Origin: Octopus sinensis
Taxonomy: Eukaryota
Reading direction: 5' to 3'
NCBI RefSeq assembly: GCF_006345805.1
Contig: NC_043006.1
Span: forward strand, 63,922,001-63,986,000
Length of the DNA stretch: 64,000 nt
Shown: one piece after another, positions 36,643-49,000 of the stretch
Layout: every line of letters starts with the position of its first letter
Numbering within the stretch: position 1 is the first letter of the stretch
Notes under the pieces: generated by a model
Database searches by the model: none
Told to the model about the DNA's origin: nothing
What the model saw: the letters and a program-made list of their open reading frames with translations, nothing else
Position numbers and translations under genes: made by a program

Positions 36643-36894
36643 GTTAACTCCACTGTGAGGTTAAGAAGCTTGCTTCCCAACCATGTGGTTTTGGGTTCAG
36701 CCCCACCTCAGACAAGTGCCTTCAACTTTCTACTATAGCCGTGGGCCAACCAAAGCCCTGTGAGTGGATGTGGTTGCCTTCTTTTATAGCCTTAGACAAA
36801 ATGCTTTGCAGTACTTCATCCAGTTTTTTACGTTCTAAAAAACTTCTTTCACTTAACTTACCAAGCAAATACCATCCATCAAGCATCTGCATCA

Positions 36895-37330
36895 ATACTC
36901 TGAACGTCTTGAAGCTCTGACGTCTGGCAACTGACCTGGTACTTGGTAAACACCCACAAAATTATTAACCATTGTGCCAACAACTACCTTGAACACCTTT
37001 TTGAGCTACATGTGTCTAACATGTGGGTATTGCCTACAAAGTCAGAAAACAGCACAGCTCCCATGACTTTCAGAAACATTTTTTCACACTCAGAGTTGCT
37101 GAAGCATGGAACAAACTACCTGCATCAGTTGTTAGTTGCTGAGACATTGCATCCTTTAAAATCTCCATGCTTTCTGAAATTCGCCAACACTACACCTGAT
37201 ATCCCCCTCCATATGCATGCACACATGTATATCATGACTTATACACTGTTCACTTTCCTGGCTTTTATACATAGCTCTATTTAGTGTACATGCACCTTTG
37301 ATGAGTTGTAGTGCACCTGAGCACTGTATG
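36895..37330 (+). mobile_element. CR1/L2-like LINE 3' fragment, decayed
   Basis: RLATDLV...THKII...HFFTLRVAEAWNKLPASVV...ASFK, with stops and frameshifts. Confidence 0.7.
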
Positions 37331-37342
37331 CCATAATTTCAT

Positions 37343-37710
37343 TATTAACTCTACCTTAGTGAAGGTGGAGCTATTGTTTTCAGTTCTGTTTCTTTGTCTG
37401 TCCGTGGACAAGATATCTCAAGAACCGCTAGATGGATTTGGATGAAACTTTCAGGGATGTTTGGCCTTGTGACTGGCATGAACTGATTAGATTTTCAGAA
37501 TGATCCAGTTCCAGATAAGGATTCTAGATTATTTTTCCGTTTTTTTTTTACTTAATTTTTGAAAGCGGTAGGGTTTATTTCTAGTATTCTCGTTTGTGAG
37601 AGCAGTCGGGTTTGTTTCAGATATTCTCATTTTAAAAATCATCTCCAGCTAATCGTTGAGAGGACGTTGGTGTTACCTTGACAGAAGTTTTCACTCTCTG
37701 AGTGCTCTTA
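37343..37710 (+). mobile_element. Possible non-autonomous Helentron-associated (HINE/DINE-1-like) element
   Basis: 5' hairpin-like CTCTACC-TTAGTGAA-GGTGGAG, then TGTCTGTCCGT, GATATCTCAAGAACC, GATGAAACTT, and a 3' end CTCTCTGAGTGCTCTT. Family assignment is from memory. Confidence 0.45.
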
Positions 37711-38836
37711 TTATTATTAAACCTTTCACTCCCTATGGGATATAAACCATCGGCTCTGGGCTCTCTTTCCTGCTTCTCTCCATTTGGATCCCTACTTTTT
37801 CCTTTCAGATTTTGCTGCACCACATCATGTTTCTCTGAGGGAAGACTGCCTTCCTCTCTCGGGTCTTGTTGGTTTTGTATTGTCATCAATGCTTTTGTAA
37901 CTTTGTGGGTTTTCCTGCATAGGAGTGTTGGTCCTATGCAAACCCATTTTTACCTCTGGGAAGAGGTGGTCCTTATAAGTCTGGCCTCTGTCTTTTGACC
38001 GTGTCCAGCACAAGAGACCCTACCAGGGGCTTGTGCTCTGCTGGTATACCTCTTAGGATCACTTGAGGCACACAAGCTACCACATTGCAGCAAGGACTGG
38101 ATCTTGTGCTTGGAGTTTTAGTACTGGGATCAATAGAATCATCTTGTAAAGGTGCATGGCTTAGTGGTTGGGACATTAAACTCACGATTGTAAGATTGGG
38201 GTTTCTTAGTTCAAATCTTGCTGTGGTTAACTTTGTGGGGTTGGTGAAGTAAGTACCAGTGGAGCACTGGGGATGATGTAATTGACTAGCTCCTTCTCCT
38301 AAAATGTCAGACTTTGTGCCTGTAGTAGAAAGGGTTATTATTCGGACGATATGTTGTGCTTGAGAAGGCCTGTTGAGTCAAGCGAAATCGTAGTTATAGC
38401 CAATGCCAGTGTCGCCGGACTGGCACCTGAGCTGGTGGCACATAATAAGCACCATACGAGCATGGGTTGATGCCAGTGCCACCTGACTGGTTCCCATACT
38501 GGTGGTATGTAAAGAGAACCCACTACACTCTCGGAGTGGTTGGCATTAGGAAGGCATCCAGCTGTAGAAACCTTGCCAGATCAGATTGGAGCCTGGTGCA
38601 GCCTACTGGCTTGCCAGTCCTCAGTCAAATCGTCCAACCCATGCCAGCATAGAAAATGGACGTTAAATGACGATGATGATGGTTATTATTCTGACTGTCA
38701 TGAACTGAAATCCTGCCAAGATTGGCATTGTCTTTCATCTTTTCAGGTTTGTTAAAATCAAGTACCAGTCACATCCTGGAATCAGTGTAATTGACTTGCC
38801 TTCTCCCCTGCATTTATATCTCTATATTTTCTTCAG

Positions 38837-39030
38837 GTGTCAGAAAAGTAGAAGTTCATCGACCAGTGAACGGTCAAGTAATGTTCCAACTGTTCGAGAT
38901 GTGGCCTCTGTCATTCAGCTCCATCGCCCTACCATAGTGACCTGTGACAGTGACCAAGAACGGTCACTTTCAGACTTGCCATCATTACAGAAACGGTTTA
39001 GTTTCTCAGACACTGACACTTCTCAACACA
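38837..39030 (+). CDS. SENP1: SENP exon 6
   Basis: CTTCAG|G..CQKSRSSSTSER...TSQH A|GTAAGT; 194 nt, phase 2 to 1. Confidence 0.8.
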
Positions 39031-39901
39031 GTAAGTTGTGTTCTTACTCTTCCTCTTTGCGTGCTGGAGTGGAGTTAATGTGGAAGTGTGTGTGCACGCA
39101 TGTGAGTGTGTCTTTATTCATGAGTATGTATGTATGGGTTTGAAATTATGTTCATGCCTTGTTTTGAAAGTGTGTAAAGATGTGTTAGTATAGGTTCAAG
39201 CAGATTCCACTGAGGTTGACTTTGTCATTAAATCCTTTTGGAATCAATAAATACCAGTTATCAATGGTGTTGGTGTAATCAACTTACCTCTTCCTTGGAA
39301 TTGCTGGCCTTGTGCCAAAATTTGAAACCAATATAAGTGCAGGCGTGACTGTGAGGTTAAGAAGCTTGATTCCCAACCATCTGGTTTTGGGTTCAGCCCC
39401 ACCTTGGACAAGTGTCTTCAACTTTCTACTGTAGCCCTGGGCTATCCAAGCCCTTGTGAGTGGATGTGTTTGACTAAAACTGAAAGAAGCCCATTGTGTG
39501 TATGTGTGTGTGTATCCTTGTTTTGATGATGTGATGGTTGTAGATGGGCACCACCATCATACAAGTGATGTTGTTTGTTTCTCATCTTTGATTGGGAAAT
39601 ATCACCTTATTTGGAAACAAGTGAGAGTCGGCAACAGGGAGTGCATCTGGCTGTAGAAAATGTGCCTCAATGAATTTCATCCGACCCATGAGAACATGGA
39701 AAAGTAGATGTTAAATAATGATGATATGCATTGTAACAATGTTAGAAATCCATTTTTATTTTTTTTTAATGCTGTGTGCATGTGAGTGTCTGATACCAGT
39801 GTAATGATGCAGATCCGCTTGTGACAGCAACTGTGGTGATATGGAAGCTGATGATGATGACTGACAAAGCTCCCTGTTTCTGGGTTTTTCTTCTTTGCCA
39901 G

Positions 39902-39995
39902 GTGAACATAATTTTGAGAACTCCTCAGCTTGTCAGGATACAAATTCATCTTCAGGAGAAAAAACATCTTCAAAAGAATCATCTGAACATTTAAG
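39902..39995 (+). CDS. SENP1: SENP exon 7
   Basis: TTGCCAG|GT..EHNFENSS...SEHL AG|GTAATG; 94 nt, phase 1 to 2. Confidence 0.8.
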
Positions 39996-40496
39996 GTAAT
40001 GTTGTTACTTTAAACCAGCTTTGTATTGGATGTGGAGAATTTTAGTAGATGATAGTGTTGACTCCTCCCACTGAATGTGGGGGTCACTGGTTCAAGTTCT
40101 TCTACCGGCATTGTGCTGTGTTTTTGTTGAAGACTTTTAACTCTTGTTCTTGGATTGGTCTGGTCCATTTCGTTTGAAATAATAGGGGTAGCAGTCATGG
40201 TAGTTTATATTGTGGTGTTAGCTGTATAAAAAGTTGTGGTAATAATAGTGATAGCAAAAGCAGTGGTGGTGGTTGTTTGAGCTCTATGATGAATACCTCC
40301 TGTTTTAAACTGATGCAAATTAAAACTATATATCAAAATTTCGTGTTAATTGATGTTCAAAAATACCAGGGTTAATAATGATAAAAATATTTTAGCAAAT
40401 TCTTCATTGTTATTGGAACAAAGGTAGTGTTTTTCAGCAGAAATATAGTACATTATTTACATTTGACGGATATTTGTCCTTATCTTGTTTCTTGTT

Positions 40497-40543
40497 AACA
40501 CAACGTTTTGGCTGATATACCCTCCAGCCTTCATCAGGTGTCT
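40497..40543 (-). ncRNA. Minimal type I hammerhead-ribozyme-like motif (G12A in this copy)
   Basis: Minus strand AGACAC-CTGATGA-A-GGCTG-gagggtatat-CAGCC-[A]AAA-CG-T-T-GTGTT. Stem I is GACAC/GTGTT and stem II is GGCTG/CAGCC. G12 is intact in sister copies at 32866 and 56109. Confidence 0.6.
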
Positions 40544-42241
40544 TGGGGAAATTTCAAACCTGGGTTCTCATTCCTAAGGTATTTTTCGATGTTATTATTA
40601 TTATTCAGGTCACTACTTGGAATCGAATTCGGTATCTTGGGGTTAGTAGCCTGCGCTCTTAACCACTATGCCATACGCCTGTCAAATATCCATCAAATGT
40701 AAATAATGTACATAATTCCTCATCTTTTAAATAGAGAACAGAAATATAGTAATCTGATATGTGCAGTAGAAGCAGTATTAGATTAAAATAGCCATGTGTG
40801 TATCATGCTTAAAGCAAACACATCATGCAAAAGCAGATTAATTGTGGTAACCATTCAGAGATAATATATATTTTATGGACGTACTATGTTTAAGAACACA
40901 AATGTATGAGTAGCAAGTGAAAATCGTCCAGTAGTGGTGGTCAGAATATTAGATGTACTTTTCTGCTTTTTCGTGCTTTATCAGTTGCATGTACTCTCTG
41001 TCATGCTAAGTCTAAATTCGTCGCTATTGACGCAGGAGATACAGTAACACTTTATGTTTGTAAAATTAAAGATTCATTATTTTACTCAGGCCAGATACAC
41101 CATCACAAATTTTATGCACTTGTAATTTGTCCCTAATACTAAAAACGTCTTCTGTTTGGGGCTTAGAAGTACAATAAGAGTGACTGTTGTGATGTCTACT
41201 CGGTCATATTTGAATACATTGCTATGTGGGTGTTAATCTGTTGCTCTAACACCAGGTGGAGGCACGTGGCTAAGGGGTTTGCGTATTTGGCTTATGATTG
41301 TTGGGTCATGAGTTCAGTTCCAAGCAGCATGTTGTGTCCTTGAGCAAGACACTTTATTTCATGTTGCTCCAGTCCACTCAACTGGCAAAAATAATTAGGA
41401 GGAAACCCCTTCAATCATGAATGACCATGGGATTGCACCTAGAAAGTTACCCTCTGAGGCACAAGTCCGGGCAAAGTTGTTTATGGAAGACCAGCAGTCG
41501 CCCGTGCATACCAGCCTCCCCTCTCCATGCCACTGATGTTATTCAAGGGAAAGGCAAAGGCTGATAAGATACGTCTTGGCACCATTTCTACAGCTGAGTG
41601 AACTCGAGCAAAGTGAAATTAAAGTGTCTTGCTCAAGAACACAACATGCAGCCTAGTCCGGGAATCGAACTCACAACCTCACAATCGTAAGCTTGATGCT
41701 CTAACCACTGAGCCATACACCTTCACATGGCAAAAATGATTAGTACCTGTAATTCGAAAGGCCAGCCTTGTCACCCTCTGTCATACTAAATCTCCCTGAG
41801 AACTACATTAAGAGTACGTGTGTCTGTGGAGTGCTCAGCCACTTGCATGTTAATTTCACAAGCAGGCTGATCTGTTGATCAGATCAACTGGATCCCTCAT
41901 CATCACGACTAACAGAGTGTCAGTTTATTGCTCTACTGCCTCACATTCATTCATTCATTTACATTTTTCATTTATTTGTTTTATATTTATTTCTTAAAAT
42001 TTAAATTAAATCTTAAATTGCAGTTTTCATTTTCAAATAGGTTTAAGAGTATCAATGGAACGTTTGTTGACGATGGAGAAAGCTTAATACTAAGAATTAA
42101 ATAAAATTTATTACAAACATGTTGATTGGAACTTTGCCTGCCAGCTTGATTAGCTATAATTTCTTTTTATTTCTTTGTGTATTGTCTTATTTTTAATTTT
42201 TGAAATAATATTTTTTTCTATTTTTATTTTTGTATGTTTAG

Positions 42242-42304
42242 TACTTCATCAGCTCCAAACATGAAAGCAATAAAAATTCTAAATGAACATTGGATGGAAG
42301 AGCT
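42242..42304 (+). CDS. SENP1: SENP exon 8
   Basis: GTTTAG|T..TSSAPNMKAIKILNEHWMEE CT|GTGAGT; resembles SENP1 ELWIKEL. Confidence 0.85.
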
Positions 42305-43362
42305 GTGAGTATCAGGTTCTTTCTTGTCATTCTATTTTTGCTATTTTATCCTTATTGCCCTTCATACTACTACCTCTGTATATGTGTATGTGTAATAATT
42401 TTTTAATTAATTAATCACTTCACCCCTTTAGAACTCAGGTCCTTGATGACTTTTCTCTCTTCTCAACTCTGGGATCTGGGCTGTCTCTCCAGTTAGATCC
42501 CTATTTGTTTCTATTTGATTTTGTTACTCTTCACCATATATTCCCTAAAGGGAAAGCCTTCCTCTTCCAGGTCTGGTTGGTTTTGATTGTCACTGATGTT
42601 TCTGTCACTTGGCCTTTTTCTCAGTAGAGGTGTTGGCCCTATGCAAACCCATTTTTACCTCTGATAAGAGGTGCTTCATATAAGTCTGGCCTCTATCTTT
42701 TGACCTGTCCAGCATGAGAGGCCATACAGGAACTTGCGCTCCACTGACATAGCCTTCAGGGTCATTGAAGCACACAAGCTATCAACTGCAACAAGGATTG
42801 GACCTTGTGGATATACTTCACAGCTGAGGAAATAACAGTTGATGCTTGAATTTCTTATACAAAACTTTTCATCATCCAGCCATGACCTTAGTTGCTCCTC
42901 TAACAAGTAACCCTGAACCATGAAAAAGTGGGTGTCATCATCATCATTGTTTAACGTCCGCTTGCCACGTTTGGATGGTTCTCTTACGTGCCACCAGCAC
43001 TGTAAAATAATTACACACCTGCACAGGCTTGGCCGTGAGGTTAAGATGCTTGATTACCAGCCATTCTGTCTTGTTCAGTCACACTGCAATAACTACTTGA
43101 GCAAGTGTCTTCTACTATAGCCCTGGGCCAACCTTAAGTTCTGGGAGTGGATTTGGAAGACAGAATGCTATTGTGTGTGGTGTGTGTGTTCAGATGGTCG
43201 TCTCTCCATCTACCATCATCTACAAATTTATGTTTGAAGTTAATATAAAGGAAATATTGATAACAAACAATTAGTAATTAGCATTTTTATGTGTATGTGT
43301 TCATGCAAGTGGTTGTGAAAGTGGGGGGGGGGGAGGTGTGTAATAATCAAATTTCACACCTT

Positions 43363-43527
43363 AACCCTTTAGCATTTGAACCAGCTGGATCTGGTCTTTC
43401 ACACCTGCTCTACAATGCCATTCTAAAAATAAACAATCACATCACCAAAATCTTGAAGATAATTCAAAACCATGTGAATAAATAAGCATTACATTTGACA
43501 AAGTAATCTGAAGGTTGAAGTGTTAAA
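43363..43527. mobile_element. Second TTAA-flanked MITE family (relatives near 10985-11222 and 63838-64000)
   Basis: TTAACCCTTTAGCATTT start; shared TCTCACACCT...ATTCTAAAAAT and GTAATCTGAA...GTTAA end. Confidence 0.55.
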
Positions 43528-43592
43528 GTCTTCAAATTTCAATGTGTTGTCTGTGAATAAACTAAGATATATTCTTTATTGCATTATGGCAG

Positions 43593-43677
43593 GGTCTCAA
43601 AATTCTCTGCTTCAAATCTGGAGAGGAAAAAGAAAATAGAAGAAGAGCACCTGAAGGTTAAATCTTTAGAAGAACAG
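43593..43677 (+). CDS. SENP1: SENP exon 9
   Basis: GGCAG|G..VSKFSASNLERKKKIEEEHLKVKSLEEQ|GTGAGT; resembles SENP1 ERLRQIEEQ. Confidence 0.85.
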
Positions 43678-43857
43678 GTGAGTGTACTGTGTGGTAGATA
43701 GTGATATGTATGGTGTACAGCTTGTAGTTGAAGTGTATAACATATGTATGTGTATGTGTGTGTGTGTGATAGTCATGTCTCTGTATACATTGAATTCACA
43801 GCTCAGCTCTGATTGAGCAGACATTTGATCAAAGGCCATGGTTATTGTGTCCTTTTT

Positions 43858-44240
43858 GATGTATGAGTAATTGTAAGACGTCTGAGTATAGTTGTGTATG
43901 ATTAATTGTAAGATGTCCGAGTGTAGTTGTGTATGATTAATTGTAAGATGTCCGAGTGTAGTTGTGTATGATTAATTGTAAGATGTCCGAGTGTAGTTGT
44001 GTATGATTAATTGTAAGATGTCCGAGTGTAGTTGCGTATGATTAATTGTAAGACGTCCGAGAGTAGTTGTGTATGGTTAATTGTAAGATGTCCGAGTGTA
44101 GTTGTGTATGGTTAATTGTAAGACGTCTGAGTGTAGTTGTGTATGGTTAATTGTAAGACGTCTGAGTGTAGTTGTGTATGATTGTGAGGTACCCGACTGT
44201 AGTTGTGTCTGATTGTGAGGTGTCCGAGTGTAGTCATATA
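43858..44240. repeat. 35-bp minisatellite x about 10-11 in SENP intron 9
   Basis: Unit GATGTCCGAGTGTAGTTGTGTATGATTAATTGTAA; the last units are shortened. Confidence 0.95.
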
Positions 44241-44779
44241 TTAACAGAGACTTCATATGCAACAATACTTTTAAGAAGCTTCGACTGGATATGATTCAAA
44301 TTGAACAATTTTGGTTTCACCTACTGTGTGTGTGGTTTAGTGTGTATGATGTGGTAATGGATGTTGTAAGGTAGGCATTAGTGTGATGTGATCTTTATGA
44401 GAAGTTAGGTTTATGATGATGTATTTTTAATGTATGTATGTATGTGTGTGTGTGTGTGTGTATGCATGGATATATGTATATTGTTTTAAATTTCAATGGA
44501 AGATGCTTCAGTATATTTTACGACAAACAGTTAACCATCATTTAGAAACTCAATATTTTTTCTTCATTAAAAAAAAAAAAAAATTTTAATTTTAATTGCT
44601 GAAGAAATGATGGCTGTTTATTATATGAATGCATAATAAGCCCATTATTGAAAGACGTGAGGTATGTACAAATATATATATATATATAATGGTGTGTGTA
44701 TGTATATATATATATATATACATACATACACACCATATTTATATATATATATATAAAATATTGTATGTATGTGTGTATG

Positions 44780-44838
<59 letters not shown>

Positions 44839-44921
44839 ATATGGTGTGTATGTGTGCTGTGTGTTTATGGTGCTAATATCTCTTTTTTTTTTTCTTTTTT
44901 CCTTTCTCTCCTGACCATTAG

Positions 44922-44954
44922 AGGAAATCTCGGGAACATAGAGTACAGTTAGAG
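44922..44954 (+). CDS. SENP1: SENP exon 10 (33-nt microexon)
   Basis: Long pyrimidine tract, CATTAG|[11 protein letters not shown]|GTAAAA; phase 0/0; resembles SENP1 QEREHSV. Confidence 0.65.
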
Positions 44955-46076
44955 GTAAAACTTGATTTCTTACACACACACACACACGTTTCTATAAATG
45001 TGGACATATACGCGTACACATACATAATTATCCCCATCCTTTTTATTCTTACTTTTCCATGCTTGCATAGGTCGGACCACTTTACTGCCAGCATGATGTT
45101 AATGTCACACTCCACCATTGTCTGACGTCATGTACATAAATTCTGACCATCAACCAAGAACGGAGCCACTATGCTGTTGCTTGACTTGCTAAAAATAGCC
45201 AAATCTCCCAAAATTACATCCTACGGTCCTATAAACGAAAGGATACACTAGGCCAGCAGTTCTCAGCTGTGCCCCCCGAAGGCTACATGTGATCCTTAAG
45301 CATCCTTCCAGAGGCCCTTGATGGTCTTACCTCTATTCTTTTATTCTTTTACTTGTTTCAGTCATTTGACTATGGCCATGCTGGAAAACAAATCGACCCC
45401 AGGACTTATTCTTTGAAAGCCTAGTACTTATTCTATTGGTCTCTTTTGCCAAACTGCTAAGTTACAGGGTCGTAAACACACCAACACTGGTTGTCAAATG
45501 ACGGTGGACATAAATCCTACAATGGGCTTCTTTCAGTTTCCATCTACCAAATCCACTCACAAGGCTTTGGTTGGCTCGAGGTGATAGTTGAAAACACTTG
45601 CCCAAGATGCTATGCTATGGGACTGAACTTGGAACCAAGTGGTTAGAAAGCAAACTTCTTACCACACAGCCACTCCTATGCCTATAGATATAATTTTTTC
45701 TTTAATTGACTTTGGTTCTACTTCTGTTGATGGAGATCCCTAAAAAGATCCAGGTTTTGGATCTGGCCTGGATATTAAAAAGGTTGAGTGAACCACTCCA
45801 CTAGATTGTATACGCCTATGTATACAATACACAGAAAGCATGGAATGATTATGGTTAGAGGCCTTTTAAGCGCTAATCAGGGTTTAAACATCAACAACAA
45901 AATAATGACTCCTACTAGGAACTACATAGTCATACATAAACAGCACATTCAGAGAACTGCTCACGGCCTTCATCTTTACTCCCATCTCTAATCATCCGAC
46001 ACCTTCCCCTCACACTCTTGTAACTGCCTCCCCTCCCTCTTCTGATCCACTGCATGTATCATCTCTTGCTCCTTAA

Positions 46077-46520
46077 CCCTTTTGTTACCGTATTTCTGTT
46101 GAGATGCTCTGTGTGTCTTTCAATTAATTTTAAATATGACAACGAATTTAGTAAACTAAGCTAAGGTTAGGAACATAAATTGTGACTAAGGTTTGGTGGA
46201 AGATTTTAATACAGAACTTATGAAAGCAAGACATTTGTACTACAGAGCCAGAGGCAGTTTCAGCTGGATTGGTAACGAAAGGGTTAAATTAATCATTTGT
46301 TAACCCTTTTGTTACCATATTTCTATTGAGATGCTCTGTGTTTCCTTCAATTGATTTTAAATAAAACAAAGAATTCAGTAAAATAACTTAGTTATCATTA
46401 AGCTAGTGTTAAGAACATAAATTGTGACTAAGGTTTGGTGGAAGATTTTAATTCAAAACTTATGAAAACAAGACATTTGTACTACAGAGCCAGAGGTGGT
46501 TTCAGTCGGGTTGATAATGA
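46077..46520. mobile_element. Second tandem pair of the same TTAA MITE
   Basis: Units at 46077-46283 and 46304 to about 46520 (right end degraded); same internal sequence as the 11.6-kb pair. Confidence 0.75.
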
Positions 46521-47085
46521 AATGATGGGTTTTACTCTGACACTCCATCACTACCATCTTACCTTTTTCCAGGTACACCCATTCACCCTTATATAAATTA
46601 AGGTTAGTCATGTATCTTCCCTATAGCAAGACACCTCTATCTCTGCTTGTTCCTAGCATATAATCATCTTTCCACCTTCACAAATACTTACTCCTCCTGT
46701 GAACTGACCTCCTAAATGATACACTGATTCCTATACTTGCAACACACAAGATCAACCCGTGCCAGTATGAGGAGCAGATATTAAATGGTGATAATTATGA
46801 TGACGCATAAAGGTCTCTTGACGGAACACTTAAGACACACACAAAAAAAAGCCTCATGATAGCAAAGGAGAATGGGCACCAGCCAGCCTAAAGGTTGGGG
46901 TGTGCTGCACCTGCCTACCTTGGTTGCTATGACATTGAGGCAGATCTGGCTACCCCCGTTAACAGGGACAAAACTTGGATTTAAAACACTGGAAACACAC
47001 ACACACACATACTTGCACCCCACCTCTTTCTCTCACATACACATACTGTCTGCTATACTGACTAGTATCATGTGATTATTATTAG

Positions 47086-47212
47086 ATCCAGCGACGACTA
47101 AAGCTTATTCAGAAGGAGGTGCCAGTCATACCTGAGCCGGAAACAGAACTGGCACCTGAGCCGGAGCCACAATCAGAATGCGAACTAAAGCCTGAGAAAG
47201 CTTTAGTGCCAA
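47086..47212 (+). CDS. SENP1: SENP exon 11
   Basis: ATTAG|IQRRLKLIQKEVPVIPEPETELAPEPEP...LVP A|GTAAGT; resembles SENP1 LEKEIPV. Confidence 0.85.
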
Positions 47213-48332
47213 GTAAGTTATTTTACTCTTTGATTCTTCTTGAGCTTATCTGGTCCTCACTGTGACACCTGTCACACATTTGGTCACCCATGTTACACTT
47301 ATTGGTTTCATGCATCTAGTCACTTTGTGTTAAACATGTCACTCTGCTATCAGTGTCACATATCTAGTCACGCTTACTGGTGATACACATTTGATCATAC
47401 TGTGTAACATCTCTGGATGTACTGTATTACATATCTGGTAACACTTTGCAGATCTGGTCATCTTGTGTATTACCTGTACCACACTTTTTCTTTGTGTCAC
47501 TTCTGTCACACCACTATTCTATGTTACTCCTGTCTTCAAATACTTATACTTATACACACATTTATACTTTCTGTTACATAAGGTTCTTTTTCATGCATTA
47601 CTCCTGTCACATATCTATACTCTGTGTTACACATGCTACATTGCTACTGTTTTACACATGTTTAGACTCAACACAGTTCTTACCATGTTGCACATTTCAC
47701 AAAACTGCCACCTGCAACTTCAGTTGTGCAAATTCAAAACTGCCCTTACTTTCATTATTTACATTATTTACATTTGACGGATATTTACCCTCATCTTGTT
47801 TCTTGTTATCACGTTTTGGCTGATATATCCTCCAGCCTTCATCAGGTCTCTTGGGGAAATTTCGAACCTGGGTTCTCATTCCTAAGTTATTTTTTGATAT
47901 TATTATTTTATGCACTGGAGTAGATGTAAACGACTTAATCTGTTTGTCTGTCCTTGTTCATCCCCTCTGTGTTTAGCCCCTTGTGGGTAGTAAAGAAATA
48001 TATTATTATTATTATTAAGGTCACTGTCTGGAATCGAACTTGGAATCTTGGTGTTAGTAGCCCGTGCTCTAAACCACTACACCATATACCCAATGAAGGC
48101 TGGAGGGTATATCAGTGGAAACGTCTTAACAACAAAGATGAATAATATAAATAATGTACATAATTCCTCATCTCTTAAATATAGGGCCGCCCTTACTTTC
48201 TATTTTTTCTGCTAAAATCTATTTGTTGCAACTGTAGTGTATCACTGCATGCACCAATGCTAGTGATGCACAGCATTTGCAAACAGACACCATGCACTAC
48301 AACTTCACACTTGATTAACTTTCCTTTTACAG

Positions 48333-48475
48333 GGATTGATGAATTGATGCAGCGTGACATTGATGCTGCACTGCGACCATATCCTGCAGATGATGTCTTG
48401 GTCGACGCTTTCCGCATCCAGCTGAAACGACAGGACATGGCCACTCTTTCTCGTCTGAACTGGCTCAATGATGCT
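48333..48475 (+). CDS. SENP1: SENP exon 12, start of C48/Ulp1 catalytic domain
   Basis: TTTACAG|GG IDELMQRDID...DVLVDAFRIQLKRQDMATLSRLNWLNDA|GTAAGG; contains the WLND motif. Confidence 0.95.
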
Positions 48476-48800
48476 GTAAGGGTTTGATGTTCTAAACCCC
48501 TGTGATTGTTTGTGTGCAATGCCTTTATGCTAAACCGACTGATCTGTTTATTGTCTGGAACTGGCTCAATGAGGCAGTAGAGTTCTTACATGTGGGCCCC
48601 TTGCAAGTGTAGACTGGGTCATTGATATGATGTGTGTATAGTGACATGGGGTTTTTGAGTCTGTGTCAGTGTATGTGACATGATGTATGGGTATGTGTGT
48701 TTCTGAACACCTATATGTACTGTGTACATGGTTTGCATGTGTGTATGTGTGCACTTGTATCTCTATTTATATGGTGTGTGTATATGCACTTGTATCTATG

Positions 48801-48834
<34 letters not shown>

Positions 48835-48884
48835 ATGTATATATATATATAATGTGCATGTGTGTGTATATGTTGGGTGGATTG

Positions 48885-49000
48885 GGTTGATGGAAACTAC
48901 ATGGTAGCCTGTCAGGTGGATTGGGTAGGTAGAAAGTACATGGTAGCCTGTCGGGTGGATTGAGTAGATAGAAAGTTCATGGTAGCCTGTCGGGTGGATA
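48885..49000. repeat. 39-bp tandem repeat x about 2.7
   Basis: TACATGGTAGCCTGTC(A/G)GGTGGATT recurs at 48898, 48937 and 48976. Confidence 0.85.

Noticed and set aside
37712-38160. Segmental duplication with 42425-42920
   Set aside because: The copies are substantially diverged and have unrelated flanks. They are better explained as two old insertions of one unclassified interspersed repeat.
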